52,606 nucleotides of DNA, from NCBI GenBank assembly GCA_963693365.1, contig CAVNZM010000019.1:230121-282726 (forward strand), in the 5' to 3' direction. The stretch comes from Amoebidium appalachense (taxonomy: Eukaryota; Protista; Ichthyosporea). The notes beneath the pieces are model-generated. The model was given only the letters and a program-made list of their open reading frames with translations. It did not search any database and had not been told where the DNA came from. Below, piece after piece: positions 25,697 through 38,307 of this stretch (its first letter is position 1; each line of letters begins with the position of its first letter). A program made the translations under genes and the position numbers.

Positions 25697-26074
25697 CACA
25701 CCACACACATGCACACACACACACACACACACACCACACACGCATACGCACATGCATGTTTCAGATACGTCCAAGTGTGGTTATGTATTGACTTTTGTGT
25801 TTATTCACTCTTGCTGGCGTTAAGTCTCGCTTACATGTTAGGGTTCAGATACATAGATGATGTTTGCACCAAATCGTGCTTATGAGAAGACATCGTAAGA
25901 AACAAACGATGGGATATTTGCGCTGGTTTGCACATTTGCACATGTATGGGTTGGGGCATATCATAGCATATCACATTGTGGTACTTGTACACACTGCCCT
26001 GTCTATATTTGTCTATGGGTATAGCATTCCTCTCTCCCATACACACTCACCCACCCAGCAAACACCCCACACCA

Positions 26075-27091
26075 CTATCCTGGTCGAATGCACACCCACA
26101 CCTCATTCACCGCAACGGTGTTTTCTCCATTGCCTCCTATGACTACACGCAAAGGTTTCTCGTTGTCCTTAAATTGCAGTTGCCACAGCTGCTTGGAGGT
26201 GGCCTCGTCGGATGCGATGTGTATTTTAGAACCCTTGTTTGTTACTTGCACTATGACATGCTTCACGTTGTAGTAGATGTATGGGGGGTGCGGAGATCGA
26301 TCGACAGACACCCAGATCTCGCACTGCTCTCCCGCTGTCTCCGACTGGGGGCTGCTTGTGGCTACCACCTGCTCCGTGAACGCCACCTGGTCGTCGACGT
26401 CGACGGACCTGTGGTCCTCGGACACGAGCGGCTCGCGTGCTGCTTCGCACACCTGGCTGCTTGGGGGCGCTGCTGCTTCGCACACCTGGCTGCTTGGGGG
26501 CGCTGCTGCTTTCTCCTTATCCGCTGCCTCTGTGGTCTCTTCCGTGTCCAAATCCGGAAAATAGAGTGGTCGCCAGGGCGCATTGGGTTCGGGGTTGACT
26601 GCCACTGGTAGGCGCAGGGACGGGACTTTTTTGGAGGCCCCCATCTTGTTTTGGCGGAAGTGGCGCCCACATCTTTTTGGATTCGCCCCTGCCTTCCAAT
26701 AAAATGCATCCCGTTGCTTTTGTACCACGTCGCTGGCCGCGGCACCCGAAGTCTTGCACGGGAGAATCCTGCGTAGCGGAATCTTGCCCGGTGGTGGTGG
26801 CCATGTTGTCTGCAACGGGTACACTCGCACGTCCTTGCTGCACAGGGGCGGTGCGTGCACAGCTGCAAAAGGGGGTTGGGAAGGCTGTGCATGCACGCAG
26901 TCGTCTTTGGGCGGTATTGCGCGTGCAGGTTTTGTGTTGGCGGGGAACGAGTGCATGTTGGCTGGGGGCGAGTGCATGTCGAATTCGCCGAAGACGGGAA
27001 CGCCCATGAGCGCTGCCTCGCTGGCCGGTGTTGTCGCTTGGAAGAGCTTGTCGCGCAGGCGCCACAGGTTAACGTTTGGCTTGTGGTTCAT
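26075..27091 (-). CDS. Hypothetical 338-aa protein, copy B
   Basis: Homologue of 1817..2866 with two instead of three 11-aa repeats. Confidence 0.7.
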   Translation of the reverse strand: MNHKPNVNLWRLRDKLFQATTPASEAALMGVPVFGEFDMHSPPANMHSFPANTKPARAIPPKDDCVHAQPSQPPFAAVHAPPLCSKDVRVYPLQTTWPPPPGKIPLRRILPCKTSGAAASDVVQKQRDAFYWKAGANPKRCGRHFRQNKMGASKKVPSLRLPVAVNPEPNAPWRPLYFPDLDTEETTEAADKEKAAAPPSSQVCEAAAPPSSQVCEAAREPLVSEDHRSVDVDDQVAFTEQVVATSSPQSETAGEQCEIWVSVDRSPHPPYIYYNVKHVIVQVTNKGSKIHIASDEATSKQLWQLQFKDNEKPLRVVIGGNGENTVAVNEVWVCIRPG

Positions 27092-27830
27092 AGCTGCAGG
27101 TTTGCAAGACTGGCAGCATCCGAAGCAGTGATGGTGTTATATGGGTCCTATAGCCAATTTGATTGGTCCAGTGGCTTTGCCAGGGTGCGAAAGAGTCCTT
27201 CGGCGCAATAAAATGCAACCGAAATGAAACGAAATGATTAAGCTAGAAGAAGTAAATTTTGAAAGCCACAAGAATGGGAGGAACTCCGTCATTGATTTAA
27301 CGAAACAGACATCATATTGTATATAAACTGGGGTTTTTGTTTCAGGGATCCCAATTCGGTTATAACCCTGACCGCGAGTCGCTTTTCCGAACTCTGAGTA
27401 GAAACTAAAACAACAACCTGTTCAATAGGAAAACAATGGCAAAAATGTTCTTATAAATCGAGTTTAAATATTTCTGTTTTGTTTTCAAATTAATATTTCG
27501 GTTTTGTTTTCAAATTGGCGTTCACATCACATCAATACTGTATCATAACCAGTCAATTTTAAAATAACACAATTGCTGTATCTGAGCCAATCAGACGCTG
27601 CATGCCTTGGCTACAGATCCTTCGGTCATCTTCCACAGGAATACAAGACCCTCTATCCGATTGGACATCACGCTGATTGGTCGGCAACTCCAAACGTCTG
27701 ATTGGTCAACGCGTCTGATTGGTCAACGCGTCTGATTGGTCGGCGCGCTATTGGTGGGGTGGCTCTCAGGGAGGGGTATACCACAGCACAGCTTTCAAAC
27801 TTCACTCTCCATACGAGCGCGTTCATCACA

Positions 27831-29339
27831 ATGGGCGCCGATCAGTCCACCCTTTCTCCCAGCGCGCAACAGCTGGTCTTGGGCAACCACTACCTGCTTC
27901 TGTACATCTGCTCCTTCCTGGATGCACGCTCACGTCGCAGCATTGCGCTCACCTGCCGAGCGCTTCGCCACGTACACGAGGCAGAGCTGGCGCGCCCGAA
28001 CAGCCACATGCGCGTCGACCTGTCCAAGGGTCCGAAGTCAATCGAGTTTGCCACGCGCGTCCGTGCCACCCACGTCCTTGCCACCACTGCTGACTACAAG
28101 CGCCTTGCCGAGCTTCCGCCCATGCGCTTCGTTCTCCACATGGTTCTTGATGAGTACCGGGACCTGGCCAACCACCATGCAAAGGCTGCCCATAACCACC
28201 GCTACACCAGCACGGAGCCCATCTACCCAGACCTGTTTCCCAACCTCAAGGTCGCAGAGGTCAACTCCTTCAAGTGCCGCACCCCCCTTGTCGCCCCCTT
28301 CGCCTTGCTGGGCCGCGCTATCCAGAACCTGACGAGTCTGACCCTTGCCTTCTCTGCCACTCCCAGGCCCACACCTGGTGTAGTCATGGATCTTGCTGCG
28401 CTCGAAAACCTGGCCCATCTGCACGTCCACCTGTGCACGCGTGTGAACCCCTCTAACATCTACGCCATCCCCAGCACGGCGCTGCATGTGCCTGCGGGCC
28501 TTGTGAAACTGCATCTGGACTACCGCTTCCGCTCCATGTGCGGCCACCAGTACGGCTACGGCAGCGGCGGCTCCGCTCCCGGTATCCACAACATCCACAA
28601 CATCGAGTCCTGCGTCAACATGCGCAATGTGCACGTGTGCGTCTTTGGCATGGTGGTGTTCGACACCATCAATCGCGCCCACCGTGTCGAGCTGCTGTGC
28701 TCACAGGCCCGCGGCACGCTGCGCGGGTGCACCAGCGTCCAGATCGGCAAGGAGGTGCGCGACATCGAGATCACCACCACCGGGGACAGCGCCAGTGACT
28801 ACCCAGGCAACCGGCTCCTTGTGGCCGGCGCCCGCGAGTTCGAGTGCTTCCATCCCGCCCACAACTGGGCGCTGCAGGACGTCCATGTGCTGGAGATCAT
28901 GCACGTGCCCCACAGCCCGCGCGCGCTGGCGGCCATCGCGCAGGCCGTCAACCTGCGCTCGCTGACCGTCACGGCGCCCATGTTCAGCGACAGGGAGCTC
29001 GTCTACCACATGCCCCCGACCATCGAGATGGTGAACTTCAGGCACGTGCGCCTGGTCGTGCTCGCAGACCCCAGCGGGCTCATCCGCCCGCTTGTGTTTT
29101 CCAGCGACTGCGACCTGGTCCTCTACAACCACTGGCTCCTGCGTGCGGCCGGGTTCCTGATGGACTCGAAGTGGGACCGGTTCATGACACGGCTGCTCCA
29201 CATCACGCAGTGCGACATGCCGTGGGCGCTCGGGCGGAAGCTGAAGTACATGGGCGACAAGTCGTACAGGCACCTGCCGTTCCCCGAGGGGGGGGGGGGG
29301 TGTAGGGGGGGGGGGGTGTTTAGAGCCCTAGACACTTAG
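27831..29339 (+). CDS. F-box protein with MGxxxS N-terminus and LRR-like body, copy B
   Basis: LLLYICSFLDARSRRSIALTCRALR fits the F-box pattern; LxxL-type segments follow; the stop is displaced by poly-G length relative to copy C. Confidence 0.8.
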   Translation: MGADQSTLSPSAQQLVLGNHYLLLYICSFLDARSRRSIALTCRALRHVHEAELARPNSHMRVDLSKGPKSIEFATRVRATHVLATTADYKRLAELPPMRFVLHMVLDEYRDLANHHAKAAHNHRYTSTEPIYPDLFPNLKVAEVNSFKCRTPLVAPFALLGRAIQNLTSLTLAFSATPRPTPGVVMDLAALENLAHLHVHLCTRVNPSNIYAIPSTALHVPAGLVKLHLDYRFRSMCGHQYGYGSGGSAPGIHNIHNIESCVNMRNVHVCVFGMVVFDTINRAHRVELLCSQARGTLRGCTSVQIGKEVRDIEITTTGDSASDYPGNRLLVAGAREFECFHPAHNWALQDVHVLEIMHVPHSPRALAAIAQAVNLRSLTVTAPMFSDRELVYHMPPTIEMVNFRHVRLVVLADPSGLIRPLVFSSDCDLVLYNHWLLRAAGFLMDSKWDRFMTRLLHITQCDMPWALGRKLKYMGDKSYRHLPFPEGGGGCRGGGVFRALDT

Positions 29340-29952
29340 TCATGTGATTGTAGTCGAATCTGTGGGCCTTGATGGTCACCTTGTTTGCACTTAGTTTCTT
29401 TGTACTTACTGGTTTCATCATGAATATGTGCCTCAGAACTTTGCCAAATACACATAGGTTCATGTGAACCTCCATGTCTGACCCTTGTCGTCTCACCCAT
29501 TCGGAGTACAGTGCATAGAGAGATGATGTTTTTACGGGGGATCCCGGGGGGAACTTGTGCCTGTTGTTTTCGTCTTTCAAAAATTCAATAAAAAACTGCT
29601 TGACCAGCTCGTATCCCTTGCTGTGTCGCAGATTGGAGTCTTTTTTCCACGGCCTTGTTATCCACTCGCCTATCCTATCGTCAATAAGTATGCGCACCCC
29701 CCGTGACTTCCCGTCGTCCAAGGCAGACTTGTATGCACGCCACGGGCAGTGGCCGTACAAATAAAGTGTTGGGCGATGGTTGGGGTATGTGCTCTGTCTT
29801 GCAAGGATTGTTTGTAGGCCGTCTACGAATCGGGTGATGTGGACCACCAGTATCACGTCGGTTCCCGTCAGCACGCAGTCCTCCCCGAGCTTTGTGGTTT
29901 CCGGTTGGTATAAAAGGCGTGTTACGATTTCAGACCCATCACTTTCAGTCAT
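29320..29952 (-). CDS. 210-aa protein with C-terminal D5-C-like winged helix, copy B
   Basis: SSLYALYSEWVRRQG...MNLCVFGKVLRHIF parallels SSGLFQLYQDWHRLN...PSLRSFGIAIKKIL in the adjacent helicase; TATAAAAG upstream. Confidence 0.65.
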   Translation of the reverse strand: MTESDGSEIVTRLLYQPETTKLGEDCVLTGTDVILVVHITRFVDGLQTILARQSTYPNHRPTLYLYGHCPWRAYKSALDDGKSRGVRILIDDRIGEWITRPWKKDSNLRHSKGYELVKQFFIEFLKDENNRHKFPPGSPVKTSSLYALYSEWVRRQGSDMEVHMNLCVFGKVLRHIFMMKPVSTKKLSANKVTIKAHRFDYNHMTKCLGL

Positions 29953-30048
29953 CTTAGAGTAGTGAACAAAAATATTGGAGGTGGGCCTTTTATAGGTTTT
30001 GGGTGGGTGGGGGTGGGTCATCGATTATTTTCTGTGCTACAAGGAAGG

Positions 30049-31560
30049 ATGCAGGCGGCCATGACATTGTTTTCCGGTGGTGTGTCGACACAGGAGCTCG
30101 ACAAGGTAGTTGCACGGACCCTCCGTCTGTTTGATGCATTTGAGAACACTGAGATGAGGGGTCTTCCGTTCATGCCTGCATCCTGTGACCTCCGGCTGTG
30201 GAAGAAATCGGAGGTGGAAGAGTTTATTGGATCACATGTTGCGCATATTCAAGGGACAAAACTGTATGTGATGAAGGCATTTTGCCCCATACGTCTCAGC
30301 TATGCTTTCAAGTTGGTCAGCAAGGAGGAGCTGTCCATTTCACTCTCTGGATACTCCTTCCCCCAACCACCCGAGAAGGTGGGAAAGGGAACAAAGGCCC
30401 TTCCGCCCATCAACGGCACCGATGTTCTTCGTTCATCCGCCATTCCCAAGTACATGGGCATACTGTTCGACCCCTCTGACCCTGACCCTCGCACCGGTGC
30501 AAAGGCGGCCGCCACGTCTGGGATGTACCGTATGTACAACCCGTTCCGGGGGCTGCCCATTGTGTTCAACCCACAGTACCCCCTCAATTTTGATTTGACC
30601 GGTCCATTCAACAGACATGGGTTGGAGATTCTGTGCAACGGGCGTGCGGAGGAGTATGAATACCTGCGGATGTGGGTTGCTCACATGTTCCAGCATCCCA
30701 AGAGCAAGCCCGGCACCGCCCTGCTTTTTCAGTCTGAGCAGGGAGCGGGGAAGAACGTGTGGTGGCAGGCACTCATGGATATACTGAGCCCGGAGTACTG
30801 TGCTTATATCATCCACAAGGAACACATCGCAGGCAAGTTTAATCAGCACCTGGCAAACAAACTTCTGGTTGTGTGCGACGAGGTGGTCTGGGGTGGTTCT
30901 CACGAACTCAACAACATCATGAAGGCCCGCATCACACAGTCAACCATGATGCTGGAAAAGAAAGGGTGTGATGCGGTAAACATTGACTGCTACGAGAGGT
31001 ACGTCATGCTGTCGAACGAAGAGTGGCCTGTCCGGATCGAGCAGTCATGCCGCAGATACGCCTGCTTTAGGGCAAGCTCCGCCCGCATTGGGGACCACCA
31101 GTACTTTGATTTCCTGGTTTCCCATCTCAAGCAGCCTGCCGTTTTGGAGGCCATTTATCACGAGTTCATGGCAGTTCAGAACGTCCCTGGGACTATGCCA
31201 CGCCCACTTGAGAACGACGTGAAGCAGACACTGAGAGGCATAAGCCGATGTGACGAGGCACAGTTCCTGCGAGACCTCTTGGACCATCAGAATGGATGTG
31301 AGAATATGACCTTCATTCAGGACAACGCATATGTCACATCAAGTGGCCTCTTCCAGTTGTACCAAGATTGGCACCGTCTCAATGCAAGGGACCGCAACAT
31401 GCCCAGCCTCAGGAGTTTCGGGATCGCCATTAAGAAGATACTCGGGGAGAGGAAGTGTGTGCGCAGTGTACATACCACACGGTGGGACAGCCATCCACCT
31501 ATGGCATCTGAAAACGTCTCCTGCTACTGTCTCAATAGGTCTGCTGTATTCAAACACTAG
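30049..31560 (+). CDS. D5-like/DUF5906-type SF3 helicase with C-terminal winged helix (~503 aa), copy B
   Basis: Walker A SEQGAGKN, Walker B LLVVCDE, KARIT, motif C VMLSN and RRY arginine finger; no primase domain recognised. Confidence 0.9.
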   Translation: MQAAMTLFSGGVSTQELDKVVARTLRLFDAFENTEMRGLPFMPASCDLRLWKKSEVEEFIGSHVAHIQGTKLYVMKAFCPIRLSYAFKLVSKEELSISLSGYSFPQPPEKVGKGTKALPPINGTDVLRSSAIPKYMGILFDPSDPDPRTGAKAAATSGMYRMYNPFRGLPIVFNPQYPLNFDLTGPFNRHGLEILCNGRAEEYEYLRMWVAHMFQHPKSKPGTALLFQSEQGAGKNVWWQALMDILSPEYCAYIIHKEHIAGKFNQHLANKLLVVCDEVVWGGSHELNNIMKARITQSTMMLEKKGCDAVNIDCYERYVMLSNEEWPVRIEQSCRRYACFRASSARIGDHQYFDFLVSHLKQPAVLEAIYHEFMAVQNVPGTMPRPLENDVKQTLRGISRCDEAQFLRDLLDHQNGCENMTFIQDNAYVTSSGLFQLYQDWHRLNARDRNMPSLRSFGIAIKKILGERKCVRSVHTTRWDSHPPMASENVSCYCLNRSAVFKH

Positions 31561-32112
31561 GCGGTTCTGACTATTATACGCATATATATTCAGAATGTAT
31601 TCGGAATTCTGATTGGCTGGTTGGGATCACGTGACCCACTGAGCCAATCATATTCTTTCTTTTCTTTTTTGTATTCAGATAGTCAGAATATACAGTAAAA
31701 TAGAGGTCGCTGGGGGGTGAAAAAGGGTCGAATACTTGCATTTGATTGGTGGATATAAATAGATTTCGTAGAATGGGGAGGTCTTGGATTATCTGTATAT
31801 TCTGCCTAAACGAATACGAACAATTTACTCACCGGAAATTCTGAAATCGTGAATTTCCGGAATCGCAGCGTCCCCTGCTTTAGAACATTTGGCATTCTTT
31901 TACAAAATTTCGTGTTTAAACAAACACAAAGTCCTGTATATTGTGGTTTGAGAATTCCTCCTCCCTCCCTCCCCCCACTTCCTTATCAACGACACAACCG
32001 TGCCGTGCACGACCGACAAATAGTGTGTGTTTGTGTATCAGTAAGTAGTGTGTGTTTGTGTGTGTGTGTTTGTGTGTGTGTGTGGGTGTGTGTATGACAC
32101 GTGTGTGTGTGT

Positions 32113-32143
<31 letters not shown>

Positions 32144-32160
32144 GGGGGATGGGGGGGGGG

Positions 32161-32913
<753 letters not shown>

Positions 32914-33125
32914 TATATACATGTACCTGTCTCTACATAGTATAACATCGGCATACATAGTGTACTTTTACATCCATACTAATGTTTATATTTAAAATAA
33001 AAGTATATGTATATATATATATATGTATGATGATAAATATGACTATGTCTTCAATATAGATAGTCATACAGAGCGCACCGATGATGTCATCGATAAGGTA
33101 GAAAGTAATAAAAAGCCTAATGTTT

Positions 33126-33562
33126 ACCCTTTAATCTCATATTTATCTAATAGCGCTACGATTGGTAAGTGTGATGCCACTCACCGACTATCCAATCAAA
33201 TCACTGGAATGACTTCATCGGCGCTTTCATTATTCAAACTGTCGGGATGCGCGCGATTTGATTGGTGAGTCGAAGAGTTGCTACAGAAACCGACTTTCCA
33301 TACCCCACACACCACACACACATACATCTATATATATCATACACATATACATACAAGCGTACATATTTTTATACATATGTATACTTATATACACATAATA
33401 TATATATTTCTTTGTATTCTAATTTTTATTTGTATACACTGACCTTTTGATATTCTTCTAACCTACTTCCAAAAGGATCATGTAGTGATACTAGTTCAAT
33501 GTTCATTTATTATAAATAAATATTTACAAAAGTGAAGTTCATATGTCTTTTATTTTAGTATA

Positions 33563-33609
<47 letters not shown>

Positions 33610-34357
33610 GATACCTACACATATACAAGAATGATACTGTAACATACGTATACAATGTAGGTGTATGGTGTATGGTGTGTGGTGTGTGGGGTATGGAAAG
33701 TCGGTTTCTGTAGCAACTCTTCGACTCACCAATCAAATCGCGCGCATCCCGACAGTTTGAATAATGAAAGCGCCACTGACCTCATTGCAGTGATTTGATT
33801 GGATAGTCGGTGAGTGGCATCACACTTGAATATGAGATTAAAGGGTTTATATATCAAAAAAAGCAAAAAACGCGAAAGCTTTGACCAATGCAATCGCTGT
33901 ATTAATATATAAACCCTTTAATCTCATATTTATCTAATAGCGCTATGATTGGTAAGTGTGATGCCACTCACCGACTATCCAATCAAATCACTGCAATGAG
34001 GTCAGTGGCGCTTTCATTATTCAAACTGTCGGGATGCGCGCGATTTGATTGGTGAGTTGAAGAGTTGCTACAGAAACCGACTTTCCATACCCCACACACC
34101 ACACACACATACATCTATATATATCATACACATATACATACAAGCATACATATTTTTATACATATGTATACTTATATACACATAATATATATATATATAT
34201 ATTTCTTTGTATTCTAATTTTTATTTGTATACACTGACCTTTTGATATTCTTCTAACCTACTTCCAAAAGGATCATGTAGTGATACTAGTTCAATGTTCA
34301 TTTATTATAAATAAATATTTACAAAAGTGAAGTTCATATGTCTTTTATTTTAGTATA

Positions 34358-34398
<41 letters not shown>

Positions 34399-34634
34399 TA
34401 TATTTATATAGATACCTACACATATACAAGAATGATACTGTAACATACGTATACATGTAGGTGTATGGTGTATGGTGTGTGGTGTGTGGGGTATGGAAAG
34501 TCGGTTTCTGTAGCAACTCTTCAACTCACCAATCAAATCGCGCGCATCCCGACAGTTTGAATAATGAAAGCGCCACTGACCTCATTGCAGTGATTTGATT
34601 GGATAGTCGGTGAGTGGCATCACACTTACCAATG
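33126..34634. repeat. Duplicated AT-rich palindromic unit: four ~160-bp arms in alternating orientation
   Basis: Arm ATTGGTAAGTGTGATGCCACTCACC...TTTCCATACCCCACACACC is forward at ~33160 and ~33948 and reverse ending at ~33827 and ~34633; (TA)n-rich spacers. Confidence 0.9.
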
Positions 34635-34691
34635 CAATTGCTGTATTACCTTCATAATTCGCTTTCAGCGCTACACAACTCTAGCGCTATG

Positions 34692-34805
<114 letters not shown>

Positions 34806-35186
34806 CTTACCGATGATAGCGCTATTATCAATTAGAATTGAAAAGTTGGCACTAGGGGTTGTGACGGGTGTGTGAGCACCGTAAAGCAGCGCTTCATTGG
34901 GGGGGGTGGAATGCAGCATTCGATTGGTCAGGGCATATGTGTAAAAAGTGCACGTAGCGCCGAACAAATCGACCCAATCATCTGGGACCAGTATTCTCTT
35001 GCAATCCTCTCCAATCGAATGCTGGATTCCATTCCTCTCCTCCTACAACCAATGAAGCGTACAACCAATGAAGCGCCGGACGCCTCCCTATATAAACACA
35101 GCAAGCGCTGGACAGCCAGCACCTTTACGGTACACACACAGCACTCAACCCCCAAACCCAAAGCCCCAACTCTTCCACCAGCGACC

Positions 35187-37376
35187 ATGGCTTCCACCTA
35201 TGCCATCTACGAGCGCCTCAACATTGCCGGTGCCAAAGAGGCCGGCTTCCCTCCCATCTCCCCCGAGCTCGAGCGCCTGCTGGGCACCGTGGGCGACGAC
35301 GTGGTGGTCAAGGTGCTGCGCTTCCTCGACCCGTTCCTGTATGACTGCAAGGAGACCATCTCCGGGCGCGCCGTGTTCCGCCTGCTGGGATACGGCAACT
35401 ACAACGAGTTTGTGAGAGCCATGTTCAAGGGGCGCAATGGGTCGCGTGGTTTTGTCCCTGTCGGAAACTACCGTGTTGTCGAGATGGAGGTATGAACATT
35501 CCCTCTGACGCAAGTGCAACCGTGGCTAGCATGTCGAGCTTGCTTTTAGATGAGCGTGTCAAATTTCTTGCTATGCTAACTGTATCACAACAACCTGGTT
35601 CAACAGACACAATTACACCGTGTTCCATGATTGACTCTATAACAAACAAGTAGAACGAGTTGGGCGCTCTACCAAACAAGTGGATTCGTTTGCGATGATC
35701 GGAATAGTACTTTCCATAGACAAGGATCTCTCCAAGCGAATGTTTCCATGAGCGCACATGCTTCACTTCGATTACATCACTATCTGTTAACAAGTCTATT
35801 TCCCCAGCAGGCACTGTTCTTTTCCCGCCTCCTTCTCTTTTCTGTAGATTTGCACAGATCTTCTCCTCTGGCTGGTTCTTTCCGAGTGTCTGTTCGAGCC
35901 TTTTAGCCAGTTTGCTGTAAGCACGATCAGTTAGAAAAAACGATTTGCCTGGCATGCCCCTGCTGCCTGTGCGTACTCTTGTAACTCTGTAATCTACATT
36001 CTCTACCCAGCCCAGTCGTCTTATGGTCCGTATTATATTCTCAGTCATTCTATTTCTTGAGAGCCCATACTTGCGCGCTATGGTATCCGCGCTCATTTGG
36101 ATACTCACCATACTCTTTGTATAGAAAAAATAGACGACTCTATTTGCTGCTAAAACTCTGACGTCAAAATGACGTGTCAGCTACAAGAGCTGAGACGTCA
36201 TCACTTTTCAGCTTTGCAGCTGAAAAGTTTTGATTGGTGCTGGGGGTATCAGGATGATGTCAACACTTTTCAGCATTTTGGCTGAAAAGTTTCGATTGGC
36301 TCCTGTGGCATCTGATGACGTCATCACTTTTGACATTCTCAACTCAAAACTCTAACGTTAACCAACCATGCTCTCATTTTACACAGAGTACCATAGGACG
36401 TCCTGGTATGGACCACCTACTGACTGCCGATGGCTTCCTTGTTGCTGCTCTGGCTTCTCCAGCCCTGGTCGGCAACACTGTTCGTGTGTGGGTCCTTGGT
36501 GTCAAGAACGCCTTTGCCCGCATGGCTGATACCAACAAGGATGAAGCTCTCTCCGCCCTGCGCGCCACCCTTGCTGCGGCCGAGGCCCGTGCTGCTGAGA
36601 CTGCCACCGAGCGCGACCAGGCCATCAACGACAAGGAGGCCGCGGAGGCCGCCCAGGCCGAGGCACTCGCCACCCTCGCTGCCGCTCTCGCCCGCGTGAA
36701 GCTCGAACCACTCACCCTCCCGACCCGCATGCCTCTCACAACCGGCGGCACGTACACGGACAACCATAAGTTCAAGCGCCTGACGCGCGCGTTCGCGTAT
36801 GTGTGCGTGGACACGCTGTACGGCGAAGGCGTGCGCTGCGCTAGCACGTACACGGGCATGATCATGGCCACCACGGGCGTGTGCTTTGTGTTCCCGTCGG
36901 GGGAGATTTCCAACATCATCGCCACCACCGGGCTGCAGAAGGCCATGAAGGAGCGCATCCGGCTGTGGACCGGCGAGGAGCCCAAGTACTCGACCGACAT
37001 GACCACGCAGCAGCTGTACACCTTTGTCTACAACTACACGCGCTGGTACGTCGAGTACTGCAAGGCGCCGGTGCTGCGCCAGTCGACCATCAACAACGCG
37101 GACACGGGCGCTGCCGAGTACGAGGTGCACGTCGAGCTGGCGTCGTGGCTGGAGGCCATCCAGGACAAGTTCCCCGACATCGAGCCGCTGGAGCTCGGGC
37201 GCACCGTCAGCCTCAACGACCCCCTTGTCGAGCGCGGCGAGCAGCTCAAGGGGCAGACCCAGCTGGACGTGTATGTGCAGCGCGGGCGGCTGGGGCGGAA
37301 GCGCAAGGTCGCCCGCCTGCAGAAGCCCGAGGGCCCCGTTGATGTTGTGGTGATTGCGGACAGTGATAGTGAGTGA
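35187..37376 (+). CDS. Two-exon AntA/MSV199-like protein, copy C, divergent allele (exons 35187-35489 and 36387-37376, ~430 aa)
   Basis: GAG|GTATGA donor and CATTTTACACAG|AGT acceptor, phase 0; spliced NYRVVEME|STIGRPGMDHLLTADGFLVAAL. Confidence 0.75.
35425..36111 (-). CDS. Intron-nested AntA-like + PD-(D/E)XK nuclease-like protein (228 aa), copy C paralogue
   Basis: WVENVDYRVTRVRTGSRGMPGKSFFLT and GEIDLLTDSDVIEVKHVRSWKHSLGEILVY...RIHLF. Confidence 0.8.
   Translation of the reverse strand: MVSIQMSADTIARKYGLSRNRMTENIIRTIRRLGWVENVDYRVTRVRTGSRGMPGKSFFLTDRAYSKLAKRLEQTLGKNQPEEKICANLQKREGGGKRTVPAGEIDLLTDSDVIEVKHVRSWKHSLGEILVYGKYYSDHRKRIHLFGRAPNSFYLFVIESIMEHGVIVSVEPGCCDTVSIARNLTRSSKSKLDMLATVALASEGMFIPPSRQHGSFRQGQNHATHCAP
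35490..36386 (+). other. 897-nt GT-AG intron harbouring a divergent antisense nuclease ORF
   Basis: Equivalent position to the A/B intron; CTAAC upstream of the acceptor; sequence otherwise very different. Confidence 0.7.
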
Positions 37377-37447
37377 AGTGTGAGTTGTGTAGCGCTGGTC
37401 GATTGGGGGTGTTAGTGTATAAGAGTTGTGTAGCGCTTTCGACGGGA

Positions 37448-37491
<44 letters not shown>

Positions 37492-37531
37492 GTGTATAAG
37501 AGTTGTGTAGCGCTTTCGACGGGAGTGTGCG

Positions 37532-37566
<35 letters not shown>

Positions 37567-37654
37567 TAGTGCAAAGCGCTGGAGTTGTGTAGCGCCAGGC
37601 ACTTGGTGTTAGTGCATAGCGCTAGCGTTGTGTAGCGCCAGACACTTGGTGGTA

Positions 37655-37917
37655 GCGCATCAGTGTTTTTTTTTTTTCATACAAATAGAACGAGCAAACC
37701 GATCCGCCCGAACCACCTCTGGTGCTCTGTGTAAATGACGGAAAAATGATAATGTCCCCAGAGCCGATCAGAGAGTTCCAGGCATAGTGCAGGGATTTGA
37801 TCCAAGACTTAAGAATAAACTCTCGTTACTGTGAACCAATAACCAGATACAGATACAGTTGAACCTACCATCCTTTCCTACACCACAGCCCCCCCCCCCC
37901 CCCCACACACACACCCC

Positions 37918-37993
<76 letters not shown>

Positions 37994-38238
37994 GCATCAG
38001 TGTTTTTTTCATACAAATAGAACGAGCAAACCGATCCGCCCGAACCACCTCTGGTGCTCTGTGTAAATGACGGAAAAATGATAATGTCCCCAGAGCCGAT
38101 CAGAGAGTTCCAGGCATAGTGCAGGGATTTGATCCAAGACTTAAGAATAAACTCTCGTTAATGTGAACCAATAACCAGATACAGATACAGTTGAACCTAC
38201 CATCCTTTCCTACACCACAGCCCCCCCCCCCCCCCCAA

Positions 38239-38307
<69 letters not shown>

